Origin: Heptranchias perlo
Lineage: Eukaryota
NCBI RefSeq assembly: GCF_035084215.1
Contig: NC_090344.1
Location: forward strand, 47,554,001 to 47,618,000
Direction of reading: 5' to 3'
DNA length: 64,000 bases
Made by a program: the position numbers and the translations under genes. The notes under the pieces are model-generated. The model did no database searches and was not told the DNA's origin. It saw only the letters and a program-made list of their open reading frames with translations. Each line of letters begins with the position of its first letter. Position 1 is the stretch's first letter. Below, in pieces: positions 1 to 11,400 of this stretch.

Positions 1-18
1 CTGCCCACAGATACTTAC

Positions 19-32
19 AAAAGGAAGCTCAT
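19..32 (-). CDS. MOB1A: MOB kinase activator 1A, first coding exon (MSFL-F); rest of gene lies left of the window
   Basis: Minus strand reads ACC ATG AGC TTC CTT TT|GTAAGT: Kozak-like ATG, 14-nt exon matching the MOB1 N-terminus MSFLF, consensus donor. Synteny with MTHFD2 and SLC4A5 favours MOB1A over MOB1B. Confidence 0.8.
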
Positions 33-199
33 GGTTTTTTTTTTGTTCCAAATTTATTCCACTCAAAATAAGAAGGGTTAAAGAATAACTCGCAAAGACA
101 TTACAGTCCGAGCCACTTCAGGGAAAGGAAGAATTCCTTCAATCGACAACTAATAATTTTTTTTAAAAAAAAAAATCCCTCACAGCGAGAGAGAAAAAA

Positions 200-900
200 A
201 ACTTGACCAACTATCTTCCACAGGCAGCAGGAATCTCGCGAGAACCGCCTCAACGCGATATTACGCAAATCAGGCCAGATAACTGACAGCAGCAACAGCC
301 AATCGCTGACGGTCATGGTTCCCTTTCAAACCAATCGGAAAGAGCTGGAGGTTGGGACGATTTTTTTTTTGCGGTTTTAAAAAAAACATATATTTTTTTA
401 AAAAAAACTAAGAGCGAGTATTTCTTACTGCATTATTCCGCTTTCGAACCATGAAGAGAGCAAAGAAAAATGTACTCGAAATTTTTAAATAAAAAAAACC
501 ACCCACCCTACCGTCTTTAATTGACGGGCTGATGAGCGAATCACGAGCTTCACTTCGCGCTAAAAAAAAAAACACACTGCCGTTTCAACCAATCAGCGTA
601 AGGAGGGCGGGATTTATGTTCGGCGTTAAAATTTAATGAAGTAAATATTTGTTCGCCCCCTCACAAAAATAACTCAAGATAGTAAAAATTGTCTATATTC
701 GATATTTATTAACAAATCCGGGGTGGGGGGAAAAAAAAATCTTTATTTTCCTCATTTTTAAAAAAAAACCGTCTTGGTGTGACATCACAATCGCGTTTTT
801 TGTCCGGCGTGCGATGTCATCGCGTCTCGCGACAAGAGGCGCTGTGCTGAGGGAGAAGAGTGAGGGGAGCGCGGAGCGGGAGGTAGGCAAGGCAAGGCGG
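200..900. promoter_or_regulatory. Bidirectional CpG-island promoter (MOB1A / hnRNP H-like)
   Basis: CpG-rich; TCTCGCGAGA at 234-243 and TCTCGCGACA at 825-834; CCAAT at 299, 331, 589; GGGCGGG at 605-611; divergent genes on both sides. Confidence 0.75.
835..882 (+). other. Probable non-coding first exon of the hnRNP H-like gene (start approximate)
   Basis: GAG|GTAGGC donor at 883 inside the CpG island; next acceptor TTTTTAG ends at 2287, ahead of the ATG at 2325. Confidence 0.5.
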
Positions 901-2324
901 GCGGGCTGGTGTTGTTCGTCGAGTTGCCACAGCTATCGTTTGTTTAATCGACAATTGTGATTTTAAACGTTTCGTTTTCGGTGGGCGTTTACTTTTATTT
1001 ATTATTTTTTTTTGTTAAAACGAGGAAGCGGTGGGTGGGTGTGTGTGTGTTGGGGGGGTGGGGAGAAAGTGGAACACGAGGCCGTCGTCCGATTGCCGTT
1101 GCGAAGCGCGGCCGCCATTTTACTCGGGTCGGTTTTTTTTTTAATTTGTGAGGAGAAAAGGTTTTATTTTTTTTTTAACGTAATGGACTTTGGTGGGTGG
1201 CTTTAGTTTCCGCTTCTTCACTCGACGGTTTTTTGAGGCGGGGAAAGCCCGGCGGATTGTGGTTGTGGGGGAGGGAGGTGGTGTGTTTTTTTTTTATTTC
1301 TTCAAACGTTGTTCACTCCAGTAACCGGTCGACGCACACGAGGGTAGGTCGTTCGGGAAGGCCGGCGGAGTTATTATGGTTTAATTCTGTTGTTGTTGCT
1401 CGGCAGCGCTCGCTTTTGCCGCCACCGACCGTCCCAGGGCCTTTCTTTGTGTCTTGGCCTTTTTTAAAAAAAAAATTCGAGGCGTGTTTTTGTGTCCCTC
1501 TCCCTCCCTCTCTCTCTCTCTCCCCCGGGGGAGTTGGGAGAAGGAGCCGCACTTCGGCCCTTGTTATTGCACGCGGTCTCTCCCAACGGCTCACTTGATC
1601 CGTTTTTTTTTGCGCCCGAGACTGCAATATTAAACAAGGCGAACTGCAGGACTGAGTCTGTACGCGTTAACAGCTGGGCGAGGGTTACACGGACACAGCC
1701 AATGCTTTTTTTAAAAAAAAAATCATCTCTAACTTTTATGGTTTCATTGAGCGTCTCTGTGTTAAAAGGGGAACATTTTCTTTAGACTTAAAAGAAATTA
1801 AAATCCCAAATGCCCGTGTGTTATTTGCAACACAGCTCCAATCCAATAGAGCTCTTAATATTTTACTTTTGGCCTCAGTGTTTTGATTTGGGAAAATTGG
1901 CTTGACTAGGTCATGGTTAAACTATAGTGTAAATTGGTTATTTCAGTGTCCTGCATAATTGTGTTTTATTTCTCAAAAGATCTTGGTATGTGCCTCCCCC
2001 CCCCCCCCCCCCCCCACGCAAAGTTACCTGTCATTTTCACTTTTCTGGTAAAATTAATGATGAAAAGTTGTGATCCTTATCATATTGTTGATTATCTCTG
2101 CTTTTTTGGTGGCAAGATGATTTCAATTTAGCTGGTGGGGTGCCATAAGAAACTTTCCTACATTACAACAGTGACTACAAATCGAAGTACTTAATTGGCT
2201 GTGAAGTGCGTTGTGACGTCTTGAGGTGAAAGGCGCTATGTAAATGCAAGTCTGTCTTTCTAATTGAACTTTTTTTTTGTTTTTTAGATTTTATTTGGTA
2301 GAGACACGTGTTTCAGACCTTCAA

Positions 2325-2403
2325 ATGGATGAAGATTTTGTCGTCAGAGTCCGTGGACTTCCATGGTCCTGTACCGCCGATGAAGTGTTGCGCTTCTTCT
2401 CAG
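2325..2403 (+). CDS. hnRNP H-like coding exon 1 ([26 protein letters not shown])
   Basis: qRRM1 start; donor CAG|GTTTTG. Confidence 0.9.
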
Positions 2404-5400
2404 GTTTTGTGAATTCATTTGAATGATTTGGCCGTTGTGGAAAAGTAGAACTGAAATGTTGAGGATGACTTAAAAGTTTGACTTTATGTGGCTGGGAGGG
2501 AATAAATATTTCATAAATTTACTTGGTGTGCAGAAGTATGGTAATTGGGGCTTTATCAGTTCATTAAAATGAAAATGATTTAGTTGGAGATGCTAAATGC
2601 AGTACTGCAACCATGACACTGCAGGTCTTTGAGTCTTGAATTTAAGAGGCATGCGAATTGGTGGGAGAAGTGATTCCTTCTATTAAGCATTCCTTGCATA
2701 CATGTATGATACATTCACATGAATGTGACTATTACTTTTGTGTATGGTTGCTTGCTTAAAGCATACTCAAGTGTTTAAAGTCGTCTCTTCCTGCTCATAC
2801 TTTGTGGTTACATGTGACCATAACTAAAAGGAAGAAAACTATCTTGGCATTTTCTCCCCATTGGGGGAAAAAACTACTCAAATTGTGACTTGAAAATAGT
2901 TGAATTGCATCACAGCTATGAACATCCTTGAGTAGTTTCTTCCCTGTTAAGCTGCATTGGTGAATGATAATGGTAGGCCTGATAATTTTGACATTTAGGC
3001 CAAATTTTGGAGAATATAGCAATTCAAATGCAAGGGTTTTCTAAACGTTCTTTATTCTGATGGTAGCTCTATGGGAGCAATGGTTAAAGTGTTAAAACTA
3101 AATAGCGCAACAGTGTCTGGTGCGGCAGAAATGCCTGTGGAAAAACTTGACTACAGTAAGAAGCAACGTGAGGAATAGCAGTTACTTGTTGCCTTTAGCT
3201 CCCATTTGAAGCACATTAATTTAGTTCAAGTAGCTTGTTAAACTGCATGCCATTTTAATCTTTATTTCTAGTGTTATAACTTATACATCTGATTTATTCG
3301 TGTGTAAAAATTTGTTTCTGTAGAGCATGATGTAATGATTTTAAATATCCCATTCATTCAATACCATTCCGAAGCCGCTATCTTTGAAAGAGAAAGTCAG
3401 TCTTAAAAAAAACACTCACATTTACTATAAAGTAACCACTAATCGAATCCTATAACAGGTAACTATAGAATTACTTTTGGGGGGGGGGGGGGATGACTTT
3501 TCCCATCCATCGTATATGACTTTTTTGCGGCTCTGCATTTGCGTACTCTCATGGAAAGACTGAGGCCTTTGCTGCAGCCTCATTCCTGCTCATTTCACTC
3601 TTGTTTAAAATGTGTAACTATACTATACAGTTTCAGTAATCAAATGATGGGAGTGCAGATCAAGCTGAGTTTGACTTGCTGTGGATTCTCCCACACTGCT
3701 TTTGAGCGCTCAGGCTGCCAGCCCAACCCTCGACCCTGTTCCCCTGCTTCTTTCCACAACCCACCAATATGTGGTCTTGAAGGTGCAATATGCTGTTGCT
3801 CAAATAATTTAGGTATCATTCATCTTTCTGTTGCGGCTGGACATCAAATCTCACACCCAAATTTAAGGCAGGTGAGCTGGACACATGTGATTTGCTAGAT
3901 GATTTGGCATACTTCGAAGGATCAACTATTTCTTTGTGTTAGAAGCTGAGGGCGGTGACTGGCTTGCTGCAAATTTGTATTGACTTGCAATTGACATGCT
4001 CTACACTTTCGGTACGGACACATGCATTTGCTTCACAATGCCATTGCTATGTTTTTTAAAAAACACACTTGTCCTGCTTCCAGTCCTCCCCTCAATGTAG
4101 CATGACAATTCAATAAGTCATGTATGTTTTTGGTTTTAGATTGCAAGATCTTAAACGGAACTACTGGGATACACTTCACCTATTTAAGAGAAGGCCGCCC
4201 AAGTGGTGAAGCTTTTGTTCAGCTGGAATCCGAGGAAGATGTAAAGCGTGCCCTTGCAAAGGACCGGGAAAGCATGGGGCATAGATACATTGAAGGTAAG
4301 CTGTTGTTTTTAAGCAGTCAGTTGACGTGACCAGCACCTCAGTTCAGAAGTCTTCATACTTAATGAATTCTTTGTGCCAGGTGCTTGTATCTGAGTGATG
4401 GAGTAGGGAGAAAACTAGAAGCATCAGCTTTTTTCTCAGAATCATGAGGCAGTATTTAGGTCTATGGTACTGGAAGCAGACAACATTTTAAGAGTGACAA
4501 AACTGTCTCTAAACATCTGCAGGCCCATTGATCTGCTGCGAAGCTTGGGAAAAATAATGGAATCTATTTAAAGGAGCAGGCTGAATGAATACCCACGCAA
4601 CAGGAACTTAAACAGCCAGTGTGAATTTAGGTTGGACAACGAGTTGTTATCTTAACATCTTCGATGCCTTTAATTAAAGGAGATAATAGAACTTTTGATC
4701 GTGTAGCTTCTTAGCATTTCAGACAGGTTTTGGCAGAAGTTCTGAATGTTTGTAATTAAACTGTAACTCTGGGGCATTTAAAATAAGACACAAGCTTGGA
4801 TGAATTGGCTTAAAAGAAAAGGTAACTCGAGTATTTGAGGTGTAATGATTGACTCGGTGCCTGCCAGGGAGTCATTAGGGGTGTTCAGTACTTAGCCCGT
4901 ATCGAAATAATTTGTATGCTTGTTGATTTTGCTGAGAACTTGAAAATAAGGAGACTAGAGATACAGCAAAAAGATTTAGATCACTTATGCAGTTAGGCAA
5001 AGAAATGGCAAATGAAATTAATATTAAGGGTTGTAAAGGGCCCATTGATTGAGAACTTGGGCGTGTGTGCCAATAAATGGGATTAGCTCACCAATGGGAG
5101 ACTTAAAAGGGTACTTGGGACTACACCATCTGGAGTTTGGAAGAATGAGAGGTGATCTCATTGAAACATGATATTCTGAGAGGGCGTGACAGGATAGGTG
5201 CTGAGGCTAATTCTCCTGGCTGGAGTGTCTCGCACTAGGGGGCATAGTCTCAGGCTAAGGGGTTGGCCATTTAGGAGGAATTTCTTCACTCTGTGATGTG
5301 AATCTTCGGAATTCTCCACCGTAGAGGACTGTGGATGTTCAGTCTTTGAGCGGTTCAAGATAGAGAGCGATAGATTTTTGGATTGTAAAGGAATCAAGGG

Positions 5401-8400
5401 ATATGGCAATCAGGCTTGAAAGTGGAGTTGAGGTTGAAGATCAGCCACAATCATTGAATGGTGGAGCAGGCTCGAGGAGCCGTATGGCCTACTCCTATTT
5501 CTTATGTAGTAATAGAATCGTGGCTTTCAGTTTACAGTGGTGTATGGTGTTCAGTTCTCATCACCATTTAACAAAAACTAAATGCATTGGAGAAGGTACA
5601 GAGAAAAGCAACAAGATTTCTAAAGTGAAAGGGGAAAAATGTGAGCAGGATCGATAATCTTAAGCTGTCCAGTCTAGAAAGAAGCCAATCTTAGAAGGGA
5701 GATCGAAAGGGCCGAGCAAGTATTTAGCTTTTCTCGTCCGTGACATTTTGCAGGAATACTTGCAGCTTTCGATGTTTGTTAGTATTTCCATTTGTGTTCG
5801 CAGTGTTCGAGACTAAAGCCACTGAAATGGACTGGGTACTAAAACACACTAACCCAAGTCAAACTGAGTCAACGAGTGATGGAACAGTGCGCCTTAGGGG
5901 CTTACCGTTTGGCTGCAGCAAAGAGGAAATTTTACAATTTTTCACAGGTACTTCTTGTTTATTTACTTTCTCCAATAATGGAGAACCAAGTATTTGGGCA
6001 TGTGGGACTGATGGGGTGGTGAAGTCACGGTAATTTTAAAATGGGATACTTTCATGAGGGGAAGATTGGGGAATATTTGTGAATGGCTGCAAGTTTTTAT
6101 TGTAAGCCTATTTTGCTGACATTAATCTGTAGAGAAACTATGATTTTGGATAGCCTGTCCAACGGTTATTTATGTTTGGCATTAATGCCCAAGGCTGATG
6201 AACGTATTTTTTTGTGGATGATCACCCTGACTTGGTAGCGTGGCACATAGAATTGGGCACAAGGGTTTTTTTTTGTAAATCCAAAAAGATTCTTTAAACT
6301 AGCAACTAAAATTTTTGTTAATGCCTTCGTGACAGTTTCCAACTTAGCACAGTGATTTACAATAAAGGCAATTCTTATAACATTACTTAAGAAATGCAAT
6401 TGCTGTAAACATGCAGACTAAAGAAAACTATGCTGGCTGTTTGGGGGACTTTGGTTGCAGTGTAGAGCAAAGGTCACAGGTTAGCTTCATAGTCGCGGCA
6501 AACAGTATTGGACCAAGTTCCCAAGCCACATTCGTATGTTATGGTGAACTATTCAAAGCTGCTATTTTGAGGGTGTGGGTGGCACTTGCGTTGACGAAAA
6601 GTTAGAGAACACTTAACTGAACTGCACAGAAAAGCTTCATATTGAAAATTCATGTGAAAAGTTTAAGACACAGTGGCTAAAATTAGTATTTTTGCTTTTC
6701 CATACACCATTCAGGATAAGAATTCTGATTTTCCAAAGAAAGTTAATCCTTGAGTCCAATCTTGTGAGCCAGTAATTATAAATTATATTCATCCTTATAT
6801 TTGAAGGAATAGTTCAGAATCTGTTGACCTTGTGTTAATATTTTCTAGTAACTTCAGCACTTGCAGTTGCCATGTATGTATAACTAAGGCCAGGGTTCCA
6901 TGAAAAACTAATTATTAAAAAAAAAATGAATTACAGCAGTTAGTTTAACCTTATTGTCACATACAGTCTTCCAACCAAATTTAGTGTTTTTTAATAAGTT
7001 GTTTGAATTTTTTCAGTTACTTTTATATGGAGTATTGCAAAATGTTTAAACACAAATTTAACACTAGTTATTTTAGAATCATATAATTCTGGTAATGCAA
7101 TGCAACTAAAACCGTTTTTGGTTGAACCATGGTGCTGGTACTCTAAACTATTCCTTTAATGTGATTGTATCCAGTCAAAATTTAAATCACTGGGTTCAGG
7201 CGGTACAGTGGGGCTGTGTTTTGGAATCTGATACGTTGCACCGCGGAGTAGTAGATGCAGGTATGTGCCTGCCATTCCCACGGAGTTTCCAAACCCAGCT
7301 TTGCCAATGTCGGGAGGTGTCCACCAAAGGCCAGGCACTTCCTCTGGTCAGAGGAGAGTGACTTGTGTTCATGCACCTTTAGCAGTTGGCTTCAGAGCCA
7401 TGTTGACTGGTCTCTCTTGTCCGCCTGCCCTCCAGGCTTATGCCTGAAGTGGGGAAACCCACACAAGGGATGAGAACTTAAAACGGGTATGTCTCCATTA
7501 AATTGGGTTCTTTTGTTTCCATGGTAACATTTTAAAAGACAGTTTCTGCTGATACAAATTATGTGTAAGATTTTAAGTTGTGCTACTGATGTCTCAGCAC
7601 TACAATCCACTGTAGTTACTGGCTGTGAAGAATTTATAACTGGACCAGAAGACTGAAGTAATCACAAACACAATCATTCATTATTATTACAACCACAAAG
7701 CCCTACTGTGTACCTCGATGAAAAATTAACATTTTTGCCCCTCGTGAAGGTGCCAACTGCTTGCTGGGTTATGTTCCACATGTGTGGTTCCTTGCTCAAA
7801 TGGCTAGTTTTCATGGTGAGTGTCAGCAAGGTTTTTAACCACTGTGGGGAGCATCTGAAGCTGTCCTTGCTGTGTGTCCAATCACAGTCCCGGTAGGGGT
7901 AACTGAATAGCAGGAATGAGAGTCCTGGCTGAGATGAGCTAACTTGGTGCAGAGTAGCAATCAAGAAACGGGCCTCCCAGAGCTGAGCCATTGGGGATCT
8001 GCCATGGAATTCCTGTTTCAAGATGTTAGATAGTTACTAAGCTCAGTTGAAATTGTTGCAGTAAATATTTCAGTCTCAAGTAATTAAAAATGTCAGAAAG
8101 GTTAGTCAGCATTTGAACAAGTAAACAAAGTTCAGTGACAATACAGTCCAGTCACCGAGTTGCCAGGCTGGTAACTGGATTGATATCCTTGCTAACTGTT
8201 TCTTCACAGTCAGTAACTTGCAGAACGTAATGTAAGTGGACACTTATATTTTAAGACCATGCTAAATTTGTGTATTGATGCAGAGTTTGCTTGGTGAATG
8301 CACTGGCTGCATAATGTTAATTACTTAAAGCAAAAAGATCCTGATTTTGTTTTTCTTTGACCTTTGGTTGTGAAACTTGATGCATTTGTATTTTTTTCCT

Positions 8401-11400
8401 CATTGAATTGTTTAATTCTTAGAACGGTCAATCCCAACTGTCAGGTTCTGTTACTAAGCAATAGGTAGGTTTGGTTACATGCTGAACTCTCGCCAAAAGA
8501 CACTGGCTTGATCAGCATTAAGTTTCTTAATTGTGAGAAGCTATTTATATAAATTCCTGAAGAATTGTAGCATTGCTGGTTTACCTCCATCATTGATCAT
8601 TTTCAACCAACGAGAAACTAGCTGTGGGCTGTTAGGCCTGGTAATTATATACAGAATGTATTGATGTGCAGTTTACAGCCAATGGGTGGCACTAAAGAAC
8701 ACATTCTGTTTCGCCTTCACTGGCTTGCACAGACAGTTGAAAGAAAGTCAGTGAGTCATTCCTGCATCGACCTTGCAGGTGTGGGCCCTTATTATGCAGA
8801 TGGCCATGTATTGATCTGGGGTGGAGGAAATCACATTTCCACTGATCATTCATAAGCAAAACAGTGGCAATGTATTGATTTCTTTAGTCGTGCATTTGTC
8901 ACTGCAAGCTGAGTATTGCCTGGGTTTTATGTCAAAAGTTTTTTTAAATTTCTGGTGGCACCAGTTTATTGGGATTTAGTTACCTGGATCGTTTCGTTTG
9001 AACCTGTTGTGGTTGTCGGCTGTTTTGTGTTCCCCCGAAAGTAACCAGTACAAATTAATCCAGCCTTCCCTTAGTTGCATTACATTTAAGTTTAGTAATG
9101 TTCCCTGATTTTAATATGTTGAAAATCACCAATGCTCCAGTTGGTTTCCATTACAGTTGTAGTGCTAAACCAATTGGAGCATTGCCACAGCAATTCCTTT
9201 TTAACAAATAAATTTTCATGCCTCCTTGCTACACTGCATCTCGCTAGTTTGGCTGCATGGTTACTATTTAATAATTCTATAAAATTTAATTCATGTTGCC
9301 AAACTTGGCTGTTGCAAGGTGAAGCTGAATTGTCCATGTTCTGTGCAAACTTTAAAAAGTGCACGCCTACATTTACCATTTTGTTTTTTGTTGGATCTTT
9401 GCTTTATTTAAACAGCATTCTGCAATCTTTTGCCTCATTAGTCAATTCTCATATCAGTACTCAACATTGATATGCTGTAGTATGTGTATAAGAGTAGGAA
9501 TGTTACAATTTTTAATATTGTTCCCCTTGATGGGGTATTTGTCCTTGGGTTGAAGGGTTGGAAATCGTGCCAAATGGGATAACATTGCCGGTGGACTACC
9601 AGGGGAGAAGCACGGGGGAAGCCTTCGTGCAGTTTGCATCAAAGGAGATAGCTGAAAAAGCACTGGGGAAACACAAGGAAAGAATAGGGCACAGGTGGGG
9701 ATGGACGGAAGGGTGGCTCATACGTCTTTAAGCCCACTTGTTCAGGTTGCAGAATTCATCCATTCTTGCAGAGAAAATAGTCGAACCTCCCACACGCCAT
9801 TGGAAAACTTGAGTGGGGACTCAACTGATTTTTCTAAATTGTGTGTAAAAGATGACCTATACTGTAGGGCCCTCTCTGAGAGCTGAAAAATGATTGTGAT
9901 GATAAATGGTAGTAATCTGGGCCTGCATGCCAGGACACTGAGTATTTGTAGTGCCAAAATTTAGTGTTTTTAAATGCTAAGCTTTGCCAAGTTTTGATTG
10001 TTCATAGTGGGCTCTACAGTTTAGGATTGTCCTCAATGTAAACACTAAAATTCCAATTGCTTGAATTTGATCCAATTTTTGTAATATTTACTTCCAGTTA
10101 CATTTGGATTAATTAAATTACATGTACAAAGTGAAGTTACAATTATTTTTGTAACATTTACAAACCCATATGATATTGTCGCGTTTTTTCCATTTTGTAG
10201 AATTATATCAGCTTCGTGCTTGAAGAGCACAGAGCACTGCAGGTGTCTATCTTCATCTAACCTAATGGAAAGATGATGACTAGTCAGCTTGCTGTGGTGC
10301 TGATTTACATATGAAATATTTCATTCTCCAGTAGAAATATATTGGACTGAAATCAGTATTTGGATTTGCATTCAGAAGAGTCAGTATAACTAGCTAATGG
10401 TGAAATTCGTCCCAAATGCTTGTGTTGTACTTCTTCAGATATCTTGCACGAAGTTTTATATTTTTAAAAAAAACAATGTCTGACTTGATGCCTTGTTCAT
10501 ACGTGCAGTTTGGAATTTTCAGTTTTGGAGAAGCCAGTTTCACAGGCCTGCGGTCAAACTAAGTTGGTCACCAACATTGTGATCTTAATTCCTGTTGGGA
10601 TTTTTTTTTTCTCCGCACAGCTTCCCCCAAAAGCCTTCGTTTGCTCAAAACTCGCTGATGTGTGGAATTTAGGTGACACCCTGAATAGTGCAGACTTCGA
10701 AGCAGATATGCAAAATGCATAACACATTGCTGCCCTTCATGGAAGCTGCATGAAGTATCCCTTGGATTGTATTTCCCAATTAATCTGAGATTATTTTGTT
10801 TAGTGCAGTTAACACTTTTTTTTACATGGCATATGTTCTGAGAATAAGGTTTTTGCAACCTTACTGAGTACCTAGGTGACCAGCTCGCTCCCAGGTTTCT
10901 GATGGTTGCATCCTGAAACCAGGTACAGCTACAGCATCCACAGGAAGTAAACCTAGGGAACATGCACTTTACTGAGGTTGGAATTGAGGATCATGCATCT
11001 CATGTTTTGGTGGCCAATGTGCTTTGCCATGTGTTTATGAAGCGTTTCTTTGAAATCAGTCTGCTGATTCAACTAGAGCACTGCAAGTAGTGGTAGATGG
11101 ACATTTCCATTATTAACCATTGCAGCCTTGAAGGAACACAAAATGCATGTAGTTTTTAATTTAGTTCAATCAATCCCATGGTTCCAATGTGTCAGACATT
11201 CTTTTTTTTAATCTAAGTGATGGAAGAATTTTTGTAAAATTTCAATAGCTGTCATATTTAAAGTCAGTTTAAATTAATAACATTAATTATGCTAAGACCA
11301 ATAGTGTTTTTAAACGCTAAAGTAGATTATGGTTGCTCTGGTGAAAAGTTAATTTTGCTATGCATTGTGAATTAAGACGTGCCATTAATTGATGAGCAAG

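Noticed and set aside
1197-1785. ORFs of 97-133 aa in the CpG island
   Set aside because: Intron 1 of the hnRNP gene; GC-rich chance ORFs with no domain.
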